From positions 5,084,001 through 5,148,000 of the forward strand of contig OZ059900.1 in assembly GCA_964057225.1 (NCBI GenBank): a stretch of DNA of 64,000 nucleotides, written 5' to 3'. This document shows positions 27,100-40,000 of this stretch, in pieces (within the stretch, counting starts at the first letter, position 1; each line of letters starts with the position of its first letter). Made by a program: the position numbers and the translations under genes. The notes under the pieces are model-generated. The model was given only the letters and a program-made list of their open reading frames with translations, had not been told where the DNA came from and did no database searches. Source of the stretch: Auanema rhodensis. Lineage: Eukaryota; Animalia; Nematoda.

Positions 27100-30000
27100 G
27101 TTTTGAGAGTATCGTGAAAACAAGTTGGAAAAAAACTTTTTTTTGGACTTGGAAATTTTTTTTGGACTGTGAGCCATTCGCATGGCTTAATCCTTGAGGA
27201 AAGCTACAGCGCTGACAGATTCAATCAAGTTTAAAAAAAAATTTTTTTTTCAATTGAGATGTTGAAACTCTTTAAAAATGTGTAATAAATGTTTTGAGAG
27301 TATCGTGAAAACAAGTTGGAAAAAAATTTTTTTTTGGACTGTGAGCCATTCGCATGGCTTAATCCTTGAGGAAAGCTACAGCGCTGACAGATTCAATCAA
27401 GTTTTAAAAAAAAAATTTTTTTTTCAATTGAGATGTTGAAACTCTTTAAAAATGTGTAATAAATGTTTTGAGAGTATCGTGAAAACAAGTTGGAAAAAAA
27501 TTTTTTTGGGACTTGGAAATTTTTTTTGGACTGTGAGCCATTCGCATGGCTTAATCCTTGAGGAAAGCTACAGCGCTGACAGATTCAATCAAGTTTTAAA
27601 AAAAAATTTTTTTTTTCAATTGAGCTGTTGAAACTCTTTAAAAATGTGTAATAAATGTTTTGAGAGTATCGTGAAAACAAGTTGGAAAAAAATTTTTTTT
27701 TGGTCTGTGAGCCATTCGCATGGCTTAATCCTTGAGGAAAGCTACAGCGCTGACAGATTCAATCAAGTTTGAAAAAAATTTTTTTTTTCAATTCAGATGT
27801 TGAAACTCTTTAAAAATGTGTAATGAATGTTTTGAGAGTATCGTGGAAACAAGTTGGAAAAAAAATTTTTTTTGGACTGTGAGCCATTCGCATGGCTTAA
27901 TCCTTGAGGAAAGCTACAGCGCTGACAGATTCAATCAAGTTTAAAAAAAAAATTTTTTTTTCAATTCAGATGTTGAAACTCTTTAAAAATGTGTAATAAA
28001 TGTTTTGAGAGTATCGTGAAAACAAGTTGGAAAAAAATTTTTTTGGGACTTGGAAATTTTTTTTGGACTGTGAGCCATTCGCATGGCTTAATCCTTGAGG
28101 AAAGCTACAGCGCTGACAGATTCAATCAAGTTTAAAAAAAAATTTTTTTTTTCAATTCAGATGTTGAAACTCTTTAAAAATGTGTAATAAATGTTTTGAG
28201 AGTATCGTGAAAACAAGTTGGAAAAAAATTTTTTTTTGGACTGTGAGCCATTCGCATGGCTTAATCCTTGAGGAAAGCTACAGCGCTGACAGATTCAATC
28301 AAGTTTAAAAAAAAATTTTTTTTCAATTCAGATGGTGAAACTCTTTAAAAATGTGTAATAAATGTTTTGAGAGTATCGTGAAAACAAGTTGGAAAAAAAC
28401 TTTTTTTTGGACTTGGAAATTTTTTTTGGACTGTGAGCCATTCGCATGGCTTAATCCTTGAGGAAAGCTACAGCGCTGACAGATTCAATCAAGTTTAAAA
28501 AAAAAATTTTTTTTTCAATTGAGATGTTGAAACTCTTTAAAAATGTGTAATAAATGTTTTGAGAGTATCGTGAAAACAAGTTGGAAAAAAATTTTTTTTT
28601 GGACTGTGAGCCATTCGCATGGCTTAATCCTTGAGGAAAGCTACAGCGCTGACAGATTCAATCAAGTTTTAAAAAAAAAATTTTTTTTTCAATTGAGATG
28701 TTGAAACTCTTTAAAAATGTGTAATAAATGTTTTGAGAGTATCGTGAAAACAAGTTGGAAAAAAATTTTTTTGGGACTTGGAAATTTTTTTTGGACTGTG
28801 AGCCATTCGCATGGCTTAATCCTTAAGGAAAGCTACAGCGCTGACAGATTCAATCAAGTTTTAAAAAAAAAATTTTTTTTTCAATTGAGATGTTGAAACT
28901 CTTTAAAAATGTGTAAAAAATGTTTTGAGAGTATCGTGAAAACAAGTTGGGAAAAAAATTTTTTTGGGACTTGGAAATTTTTTTTGGTCTGTGAGCCATT
29001 CGTATGGCTTAATCCTTGAGGAAAGCTACAGCGCTGACAGATTCAATCAAGTTTAAAAAAAAAAATTTTTTTCAATTCAGATGTTGAAACTCTTTAAAAA
29101 TGTGTAATAAATGTTTTGAGAGTATCGTGAAAACAAGTTGGAAAAAAATTTTTCTTTGGACTGTGAGCCATTCGCATGGCTTAATCCTTGAGGAGAGCTA
29201 CAGCGCTGACAGATTCAATCAAGTTTAAAAAAAAAATTTTTTTTTCAATTGAGATGTTGAAACTCTTTAAAAATGTGTAATAAATGTTTTGAGAGTATCG
29301 TGAAAACAAGTTGGAAAAAAATTTTTTTTTGGACTGTGAGCCATTCGCATGGCTTAATCCTTGAGGAAAGCTACAGCGCTGACAGATTCAATCAAGTTTT
29401 AAAAAAAAATTTTTTTTTCAATTCAGATGTTGAAACTCTTTAAAAATGTGTAATGAATGTTTTGAGAGTATCGTGAAAACAAGTTGGAAAAAAACTTTTT
29501 TTTGGACTTGGAAATTTTTTTTGGACTGTGAGCCATTCGCATGGCTTAATCCTTGAGGAAAGCTACAGCGCTGACAGATTCAATCAAGTTTAAAAAAAAA
29601 TTTTTTTTTCAATTGAGATGTTGAAACTCTTTAAAAATGTGTAATAAATGTTTTGAGAGTATCGTGAAAACAAGTTGGAAAAAAATTTTTTTTTGGACTG
29701 TGAGCCATTCGCATGGCTTAATCCTTGAGGAAAGCTACAGCGCTGACAGATTCAATCAAGTTTTAAAAAAAAAATTTTTTTTTCAATTGAGATGTTGAAA
29801 CTCTTTAAAAATGTGTAATAAATGTTTTGAGAGTATCGTGAAAACAAGTTGGAAAAAAATTTTTTTGGGACTTGGAAATTTTTTTTGGACTGTGAGCCAT
29901 TCGCATGGCTTAATCCTTGAGGAAAGCTACAGCGCTGACAGATTCAATCAAGTTTTAAAAAAAAATTTTTTTTTTCAATTGAGCTGTTGAAACTCTTTAA

Positions 30001-31830
30001 AAATGTGTAATAAATGTTTTGAGAGTATCGTGAAAACAAGTTGGAAAAAAATTTTTTTTTGGTCTGTGAGCCATTCGCATGGCTTAATCCTTGAGGAAAG
30101 CTACAGCGCTGACAGATTCAATCAAGTTTGAAAAAAATTTTTTTTTTCAATTCAGATGTTGAAACTCTTTAAAAATGTGTAATGAATGTTTTGAGAGTAT
30201 CGTGGAAACAAGTTGGAAAAAAAATTTTTTTTGGACTGTGAGCCATTCGCATGGCTTAATCCTTGAGGAAAGCTACAGCGCTGACAGATTCAATCAAGTT
30301 TAAAAAAAAAATTTTTTTTTCAATTCAGATGTTGAAACTCTTTAAAAATGTGTAATAAATGTTTTGAGAGTATCGTGAAAACAAGTTGGAAAAAAATTTT
30401 TTTGGGACTTGGAAATTTTTTTTGGACTGTGAGCCATTCGCATGGCTTAATCCTTGAGGAAAGCTACAGCGCTGACAGATTCAATCAAGTTTAAAAAAAA
30501 ATTTTTTTTTTCAATTCAGATGTTGAAACTCTTTAAAAATGTGTAATAAATGTTTTGAGAGTATCGTGAAAACAAGTTGGAAAAAAATTTTTTTTTGGAC
30601 TGTGAGCCATTCGCATGGCTTAATCCTTGAGGAAAGCTACAGCGCTGACAGATTCAATCAAGTTTAAAAAAAAATTTTTTTTCAATTCAGATGGTGAAAC
30701 TCTTTAAAAATGTGTAATAAATGTTTTGAGAGTATCGTGAAAACAAGTTGGAAAAAAACTTTTTTTTGGACTTGGAAATTTTTTTTGGACTGTGAGCCAT
30801 TCGCATGGCTTAATCCTTGAGGAAAGCTACAGCGCTGACAGATTCAATCAAGTTTAAAAAAAAAATTTTTTTTTCAATTGAGATGTTGAAACTCTTTAAA
30901 AATGTGTAATAAATGTTTTGAGAGTATCGTGAAAACAAGTTGGAAAAAAATTTTTTTTTGGACTGTGAGCCATTCGCATGGCTTAATCCTTGAGGAAAGC
31001 TACAGCGCTGACAGATTCAATCAAGTTTTAAAAAAAAAATTTTTTTTTCAATTGAGATGTTGAAACTCTTTAAAAATGTGTAATAAATGTTTTGAGAGTA
31101 TCGTGAAAACAAGTTGGAAAAAAATTTTTTTGGGACTTGGAAATTTTTTTTGGACTGTGAGCCATTCGCATGGCTTAATCCTTAAGGAAAGCTACAGCGC
31201 TGACAGATTCAATCAAGTTTTAAAAAAAAAATTTTTTTTTCAATTGAGATGTTGAAACTCTTTAAAAATGTGTAAAAAATGTTTTGAGAGTATCGTGAAA
31301 ACAAGTTGGGAAAAAAATTTTTTTGGGACTTGGAAATTTTTTTTGGTCTGTGAGCCATTCGTATGGCTTAATCCTTGAGGAAAGCTACAGCGCTGACAGA
31401 TTCAATCAAGTTTAAAAAAAAAAATTTTTTTCAATTCAGATGTTGAAACTCTTTAAAAATGTGTAATAAATGTTTTGAGAGTATCGTGAAAACAAGTTGG
31501 AAAAAAATTTTTCTTTGGACTGTGAGCCATTCGCATGGCTTAATCCTTGAGGAGAGCTACAGCGCTGACAGATTCAATCAAGTTTAAAAAAAAAATTTTT
31601 TTTTCAATTGAGATGTTGAAACTCTTTAAAAATGTGTAATAAATGTTTTGAGAGTATCGTGAAAACAAGTTGGAAAAAAATTTTTTTTTGGACTGTGAGC
31701 CATTCGCATGGCTTAATCCTTGAGGAAAGCTACAGCGCTGACAGATTCAATCAAGTTTTAAAAAAAAATTTTTTTTTCAATTCAGATGTTGAAACTCTTT
31801 AAAAATGTGTAATGAATGTTTTGAGAGTAT
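27100..31830 (+). repeat. Tandem block duplication, 2359-bp unit (about 13 monomers)
   Basis: Paired rare SNPs: gagctg 27622/29981, ccttaagg 28821/31180 and tttcttt 29154/31513. Confidence 0.9.
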
Positions 31831-32282
31831 CGTGGAAACAAGTTGGAAAAAAACTTTTTTTTGGACTTGGAAATTTTTTTTGGACTGTGAGCCATTCGCA
31901 TGGCTTAATCCTTGAGGAAAGCTACAGCGCTGACAGATTCAATCAAGTTTTAAAAAAAAAAATTTTTTTTCAATTGAGATGTTGAAACTCTTTAAAAATG
32001 TGTAATAAATGTTTTGAGAGTATCGTGAAAACAAGTTGGAAAAAAATTTTTTTTTGGTCTGTGAGCCATTCGCATGGCTTAATCCTTGAGGAAAGCTACA
32101 GCGCTGACAGATTCAATCAAGTTTGAAAAAAATTTTTTTTTTCAATTCAGATGTTGAAACTCTTTAAAAATGTGTAATGAATGTTTTGAGAGTATCGTGG
32201 AAACAAGTTGGAAAAAAATTTTTTTTTGGACTGTGAGTCATTCGCATGGCTTAATCCTTGAGGAAAGCTACAGCGCTGACAG

Positions 32283-32364
32283 ATTCAATCAAGTTTGAAA
32301 AAAAATTTTGGACTGTGAGCCATTCGCATGGCTTAATCCTTGAGGAAAGCTACAGCGCTGACAG
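32283..32364 (+). repeat. 82-bp deletion monomer (copy 1)
   Basis: Reads attcaatcaagtttg-A8T4-ggactgtgag..., and the next anchor is at 32365. Confidence 0.95.
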
Positions 32365-33632
32365 ATTCAATCAAGTTTTAAAAAAAATTTTTTTTTTTCA
32401 ATTCAGATGTTGAAACTCTTTAAAAATGTGTAATGAATGTTTTGAGAGTATCGTGAAAACAAGTTGGAAAACAATTTTTTTTTGGACTGTGAGTCATTCG
32501 CATGGCTTAATCCTTGAGGAAAGCTACAGCGCTGACAGATTCAATCAAGTTTAAAAAAAAATTTTTTTTTCAATTCAGATGTTGAAACTCTTTAAAAATG
32601 TGTAAAAAATGTTTTGAGAGTATCGTGAAAACAAGTTGGGAAAAAAATTTTTTTGGGACTTGGAAATTTTTTTTGGTCTGTGAGCCATTCGTATGGCTTA
32701 ATCCTTGAGGAAAGCTACAGCGCTGACAGATTCAATCAAGTTTAAAAAAAAATTTTTTTTTTCAATTCAGATGTTGAAACTCTTTAAGAATGTGTAAAAA
32801 ATGTTTTGAGAGTATCGTGAAAACAAGTTGGGAAAAAAATTTTTTTGGGACTTGGAAATTTTTTTTGGTCTGTGAGCCATTCGCATGGCTTAATCCTTGA
32901 GGAAAGCTACAGCGCTGACAGATTCAATCAAGTTTAAAAAAAAAATTTTTTTTTCAATTGAGATGTTGAAACTCTTTAAAAATGTGTAATAAATGTTTTG
33001 AGAGTATCGTGAAAACAAGTTGGAAAAAATTTTTTTTTTGGACTGTGAGCCATTCGCATGGCTTAATCCTTGAGGAAAGCTACAGCGCTGACAGATTCAA
33101 TCAAGTTTTAAAAAAAAAAATTTTTTTTCAATTGAGATGTTGAAACTCTTTAAAAATGTGTAATAAATGTTTTGAGAGTATCGTGAAAACAAGTTGGAAA
33201 AAAATTTTTTTGGGACTTGGAAATTTTTTTTGGACTGTGAGCCATTCGCATGGCTTAATCCTTGAGGAAAGCTACAGCGCTGACAGATTCAATCAAGTTT
33301 TAAAAAAAAATTTTTTTTTTCAATTGAGCTGTTGAAACTCTTTAAAAATGTGTAATAAATGTTTTGAGAGTATCGTGAAAACAAGTTGGAAAAAAATTTT
33401 TTTTTGGTCTGTGAGCCATTCGCATGGCTTAATCCTTGAGGAAAGCTACAGCGCTGACAGATTCAATCAAGTTTGAAAAAAATTTTTTTTTTCAATTCAG
33501 ATGTTGAAACTCTTTAAAAATGTGTAATGAATGTTTTGAGAGTATCGTGGAAACAAGTTGGAAAAAAATTTTTTTTTGGACTGTGAGTCATTCGCATGGC
33601 TTAATCCTTGAGGAAAGCTACAGCGCTGACAG

Positions 33633-33714
33633 ATTCAATCAAGTTTGAAAAAAAATTTTGGACTGTGAGCCATTCGCATGGCTTAATCCTTGAGGAAAGC
33701 TACAGCGCTGACAG
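33633..33714 (+). repeat. 82-bp deletion monomer (copy 2)
   Basis: Same junction, aagtttgaaaaaaaattttggactg. Confidence 0.95.
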
Positions 33715-34617
33715 ATTCAATCAAGTTTTAAAAAAAATTTTTTTTTTTCAATTCAGATGTTGAAACTCTTTAAAAATGTGTAATGAATGTTTTGAGAGTA
33801 TCGTGAAAACAAGTTGGAAAACAATTTTTTTTTGGACTGTGAGTCATTCGCATGGCTTAATCCTTGAGGAAAGCTACAGCGCTGACAGATTCAATCAAGT
33901 TTAAAAAAAAATTTTTTTTTCAATTCAGATGTTGAAACTCTTTAAAAATGTGTAAAAAATGTTTTGAGAGTATCGTGAAAACAAGTTGGGAAAAAAATTT
34001 TTTTGGGACTTGGAAATTTTTTTTGGTCTGTGAGCCATTCGTATGGCTTAATCCTTGAGGAAAGCTACAGCGCTGACAGATTCAATCAAGTTTAAAAAAA
34101 AATTTTTTTTTTCAATTCAGATGTTGAAACTCTTTAAGAATGTGTAAAAAATGTTTTGAGAGTATCGTGGAAACAAGTTGGAAAAAAACTTTTTTTTGGA
34201 CTTGGAAATTTTTTTTGGACTGTGAGCCATTCGCATGGCTTAATCCTTGAGGAAAGCTACAGCGCTGACAGATTCAATCAAGTTTTAAAAAAAAAAATTT
34301 TTTTTCAATTGAGATGTTGAAACTCTTTAAAAATGTGTAATAAATGTTTTGAGAGTATCGTGAAAACAAGTTGGAAAAAAATTTTTTTTTGGTCTGTGAG
34401 CCATTCGCATGGCTTAATCCTTGAGGAAAGCTACAGCGCTGACAGATTCAATCAAGTTTGAAAAAAATTTTTTTTTTCAATTCAGATGTTGAAACTCTTT
34501 AAAAATGTGTAATGAATGTTTTGAGAGTATCGTGGAAACAAGTTGGAAAAAAATTTTTTTTTGGACTGTGAGTCATTCGCATGGCTTAATCCTTGAGGAA
34601 AGCTACAGCGCTGACAG

Positions 34618-34699
34618 ATTCAATCAAGTTTGAAAAAAAATTTTGGACTGTGAGCCATTCGCATGGCTTAATCCTTGAGGAAAGCTACAGCGCTGACAG
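34618..34699 (+). repeat. 82-bp deletion monomer (copy 3)
   Basis: Same junction as copy 1. Confidence 0.95.
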
Positions 34700-35967
34700 A
34701 TTCAATCAAGTTTTAAAAAAAATTTTTTTTTTTCAATTCAGATGTTGAAACTCTTTAAAAATGTGTAATGAATGTTTTGAGAGTATCGTGAAAACAAGTT
34801 GGAAAACAATTTTTTTTTGGACTGTGAGTCATTCGCATGGCTTAATCCTTGAGGAAAGCTACAGCGCTGACAGATTCAATCAAGTTTAAAAAAAAATTTT
34901 TTTTTCAATTCAGATGTTGAAACTCTTTAAAAATGTGTAAAAAATGTTTTGAGAGTATCGTGAAAACAAGTTGGGAAAAAAATTTTTTTGGGACTTGGAA
35001 ATTTTTTTTGGTCTGTGAGCCATTCGTATGGCTTAATCCTTGAGGAAAGCTACAGCGCTGACAGATTCAATCAAGTTTAAAAAAAAATTTTTTTTTTCAA
35101 TTCAGATGTTGAAACTCTTTAAGAATGTGTAAAAAATGTTTTGAGAGTATCGTGAAAACAAGTTGGGAAAAAAATTTTTTTGGGACTTGGAAATTTTTTT
35201 TGGTCTGTGAGCCATTCGCATGGCTTAATCCTTGAGGAAAGCTACAGCGCTGACAGATTCAATCAAGTTTAAAAAAAAAATTTTTTTTTCAATTGAGATG
35301 TTGAAACTCTTTAAAAATGTGTAATAAATGTTTTGAGAGTATCGTGAAAACAAGTTGGAAAAAATTTTTTTTTTGGACTGTGAGCCATTCGCATGGCTTA
35401 ATCCTTGAGGAAAGCTACAGCGCTGACAGATTCAATCAAGTTTTAAAAAAAAAAATTTTTTTTCAATTGAGATGTTGAAACTCTTTAAAAATGTGTAATA
35501 AATGTTTTGAGAGTATCGTGAAAACAAGTTGGAAAAAAATTTTTTTGGGACTTGGAAATTTTTTTTGGACTGTGAGCCATTCGCATGGCTTAATCCTTGA
35601 GGAAAGCTACAGCGCTGACAGATTCAATCAAGTTTTAAAAAAAAATTTTTTTTTTCAATTGAGCTGTTGAAACTCTTTAAAAATGTGTAATAAATGTTTT
35701 GAGAGTATCGTGAAAACAAGTTGGAAAAAAATTTTTTTTTGGTCTGTGAGCCATTCGCATGGCTTAATCCTTGAGGAAAGCTACAGCGCTGACAGATTCA
35801 ATCAAGTTTGAAAAAAATTTTTTTTTTCAATTCAGATGTTGAAACTCTTTAAAAATGTGTAATGAATGTTTTGAGAGTATCGTGGAAACAAGTTGGAAAA
35901 AAATTTTTTTTTGGACTGTGAGTCATTCGCATGGCTTAATCCTTGAGGAAAGCTACAGCGCTGACAG

Positions 35968-36049
35968 ATTCAATCAAGTTTGAAAAAAAATTTTGGACTG
36001 TGAGCCATTCGCATGGCTTAATCCTTGAGGAAAGCTACAGCGCTGACAG
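35968..36049 (+). repeat. 82-bp deletion monomer (copy 4)
   Basis: Same junction as copy 1. Confidence 0.95.
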
Positions 36050-36968
36050 ATTCAATCAAGTTTTAAAAAAAATTTTTTTTTTTCAATTCAGATGTTGAAA
36101 CTCTTTAAAAATGTGTAATGAATGTTTTGAGAGTATCGTGAAAACAAGTTGGAAAACAATTTTTTTTTGGACTGTGAGTCATTCGCATGGCTTAATCCTT
36201 GAGGAAAGCTACAGCGCTGACAGATTCAATCAAGTTTAAAAAAAAATTTTTTTTTCAATTCAGATGTTGAAACTCTTTAAAAATGTGTAAAAAATGTTTT
36301 GAGAGTATCGTGAAAACAAGTTGGGAAAAAAATTTTTTTGGGACTTGGAAATTTTTTTTGGTCTGTGAGCCATTCGTATGGCTTAATCCTTGAGGAAAGC
36401 TACAGCGCTGACAGATTCAATCAAGTTTAAAAAAAAATTTTTTTTTTCAATTCAGATGTTGAAACTCTTTAAGAATGTGTAAAAAATGTTTTGAGAGTAT
36501 CGTGAAAACAAGTTGGAAAAAAATTTTTTTTTGGACTTGGAAATTTTTTTTGGTCTGTGAGCCATTCGCATGGCTTAATCCTTGAGGAAAGCTACAGCGC
36601 TGACAGATTCAATCAAGTTTAAAAAAAAATTTTTTTTCAATTCAGATGTTGACACTCTTTGAAAATGTGTAATAAATGTTTTGAGAGTATCGTGAAAACA
36701 AGTTGGAAAAAAACTTTTTTTTGGACTTGGAAATTTTTTTTGGACTGTGAGCCATTCGCATGGCTTAATCCTTGAGGAAAGCTACAGCGCTGACAGATTC
36801 AATCAAGTTTAAAAAAAATTTTTTTTTTCAATTCAGATGTTGAAACTCTTTAAAAATGTGTAATAAATGTTTTGAGAGTATCGTGAAAACAAGTTGGAAA
36901 AAAATTTTTTTCTGGACTGTGAGCCATTCGCATGGCTTAATCCTTGAGAAAAGCTACAGCGCTGACAG

Positions 36969-37075
36969 ATTCAATCAAGTTAAAAAAAAAAAATTTTTTT
37001 GGGACTTGGAAATTTTTTTTGGTCTGTGAGCCATTCGTATGGCTTAATCCTTGAGGAAAGCTACAGCGCTGACAG
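36969..37075 (+). repeat. 107-bp deletion monomer (single copy)
   Basis: Reads attcaatcaagtt-A12T7-gggacttgg..., with the central caattcagatg...caagttgg block absent. The next anchor is at 37076. Confidence 0.93.
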
Positions 37076-40000
37076 ATTCAATCAAGTTTAAAAAAAAAAT
37101 TTTTTTTCAATTCAGATGTTGAAACTCTTTAAAAATGTGTAATAAATGTTTTGAGAGTATCGTGAAAACAAGTTGGAAAAAAATTTTTCTTTGGACTGTG
37201 AGCCATTCGCATGGCTTAATCCTTGAGGAGAGCTACAGCGCTGACAGATTCAATCAAGTTTAAAAAAAAATTTTTTTTTTCAATTCAGATGTTGAAACTC
37301 TTTAAAAATGTGTAAAAAATGTTTTGAGAGTATCGTGAAAACAAGTTGGGAAAAAAATTTTTTTGGGACTTGAAAATTTTTTTTGGACTGTGAGCCATTC
37401 GCATGGCTTAATCCTTGAGGAAAGCTACAGCGCTGACAGATTCAATCAAGTTTTAAAAAAAATTTTTTTTTTTCAATTCAGATGTTGAAACTCTTTAAAA
37501 ATGTGTAATGAATGTTTTGAGAGTATCGTGAAAACAAGTTGGAAAACAATTTTTTTTTGGACTGTGAGTCATTCGCATGGCTTAATCCTTGAGGAAAGCT
37601 ACAGCGCTGACAGATTCAATCAAGTTTAAAAAAAAATGTTTTTTTCAATTCAGATGTTGAAACTCTTTAAAAATGTGTAAAAAATGTTTTGAGAGTATCG
37701 TGAAAACAAGTTGGGAAAAAAATTTTTTTGGGACTTGGAAATTTTTTTTGGTCTGTGAGCCATTCGTATGGCTTAATCCTTGAGGAAAGCTACAGCGCTG
37801 ACAGATTCAATCAAGTTTAAAAAAAAAAATTTTTTTTTCAATTCAGATGTTGAAACTCTTTAAAAATGTGTAATAAATGTTTTGAGAGTATCGTGAAAAC
37901 AAGTTGGAAAAAAATTTTTTTCTGGACTGTGAGCCATTCGCATGGCTTAATCCTTGAGGAAAGCTACAGCGCTGACAGATTCAATCAAGTTTAAAAAAAA
38001 AAATTTTTTTTTCAATTCAGATGTTGAAACTCTTTAAAAATGTGTAATAAATGTTTTGAGAGTATCGTGAAAACAAGTTGGAAAAAAATTTTTTTTTGGA
38101 CTGTGAGCCATTCGCATGGCTTAATCCTTGAGGAAAGCTACAGCGCTGACAGATTCAATCAAGTTTAAAAAAAAAAATTTTTTTTTAATTCAGATGTTGA
38201 AACTCTTTAAAAAGGTGTAATAAATGTTTTGAGAGTATCGTGAAAACCAGTTGGAAAAAAAATTTTTTTTGGACTGTGAGCCATTCGCATGGCTTAATCC
38301 TTGAGGAAAGCTACAGCGCTGACAGATTCAATCAAGTTAAAAAAAAAAAATTTTTTTTTAATTCAGATGTTGACACTCTTTGAAAATGTGTAATAAATGT
38401 TTTGAGAGTATCGTGAAAACAAGTTGGAAAAAAACTTTTTTTTGGACTTGGAAATTTTTTTTGGACTGTGAGCCATTCGCATGGCTTAATCCTTGAGGAA
38501 AGCTACAGCGCTGACAGATTCAATCAAGTTAAAAAAAATTTTTTTTTTCAATTCAGATGTTGAAACTCTTTAAAAATGTGTAATAAATGTTTTGAGAGTA
38601 TCGTGAAAACAAGTTGGAAAAAAATTTTTTTCTGGACTGTGAGCCATTCGCATGGCTTAATCCTTGAGGAAAGCTACAGCGCTGACAGATTCAATCAAGT
38701 TTAAAAAAAAAAATTTTTTTTTCAATTCAGATGTTGAAACTCTTTAAAAATGTGTAATAAATGTTTTGAGAGTATCGTGAAAACAAGTTGGAAAAAAATT
38801 TTTTTTTGGACTGTGAGCCATTCGCATGGCTTAATCCTTGAGGAAAGCTACAGCGCTGACAGATTCAATCAAGTTTAAAAAAAAAATTTTTTTTTTAATT
38901 CAGATGTTGAAACTCTTTAAAAAGGTGTAATAAATGTTTTGAGAGTATCGTGAAAACCAGTTGGAAAAAAAATTTTTTTTGGACTGTGAGCCATTCGCAT
39001 GGCTTAATCGTTGAGGAAAGCTACAGCGCTGACAGATTCAATCAAGTTTAAAAAAAAAATTTTTTTTTCAATTCAGATGTTGAAACTCTTTAAAAATGTG
39101 TAAAAAATGTTTTGAGAGTATCGTGAAAACAAGTTGGGAAAAAAATTTTTTTGGGACTTGGAAATTTTTTTTGGACTGTGAGCCATTCGCATGGCTTAAT
39201 CCTTGAGGAAAGCTACAGCGCTGACAGATTCAATCAAGTTTAAAAAAAAAATTTTTTTTTCAATTCAGATGTTGAAACTCTTTAAAAATGTGTAATGAAT
39301 GTTTTGAGAGTATCGTGAAAACAAGTTGGAAAAAAATTTTTTTTTGGACTGTGAGTCATTCGCATGGCTTAATCGTTGAGGAAAGCTACAGCGCTGACAG
39401 ATTCAATCAAGTTTAAAAAAAATTTTTTTTTTCAATTCAGATGTTGAAACTCTTTAAAAATGTGTAATAAATGTTTTGAGAGTATCGTGAAAACAAGTTG
39501 GAAAAAAATTTTTTTCTGGACTGTGAGCCATTCGCATGGCTTAATCCTTGAGGAAAGCTACAGCGCTGACAGATTCAATCAAGTTTAAAAAAAAAAATTT
39601 TTTTTTCAATTCAGATGTTGAAACTCTTTAAAAATGTGTAATAAATGTTTTGAGAGTATCGTGAAAACAAGTTGGAAAAAAATTTTTTTTTGGACTGTGA
39701 GCCATTCGCATGGCTTAATCCTTGAGGAAAGCTACAGCGCTGACAGATTCAATCAAGTTTAAAAAAAAATTTTTTTTTTCAATTCAGATGTTGAAACTCT
39801 TTAAAAATGTGTAATAAATGTTTCGAGAGTATCGTGAAAACAAGTTGGAAAAAAACTTTTTTTTGGACTTGGAAATTTTTTTTGGACTGTGAGCCATTCG
39901 CATGGCTTAATCCTTGAGGAAAGCTACAGCGCTGACAGATTCAATCAAGTTTAAAAAAATTTTTTTTTTCAATTCAGATGTTGAAACTCTTTAAAAATGT

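Larger units (their letters stand above)
18600..36500. repeat. Variant domain B: caattgagat, gatggtg and tttgggac variants, with frequent long/short alternation
   Basis: caattgag occurs from ~18860 to ~35660, and gatggtg from ~21320 to ~30690. Boundaries are approximate. Confidence 0.75.
31830..36500 (+). repeat. Tandem block duplication, 2335-bp unit with an internal 1350-bp duplication
   Basis: Mini-monomers are paired at 32283/34618 and 33633/35968, and gagctg at 33326/35661. Confidence 0.9.
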
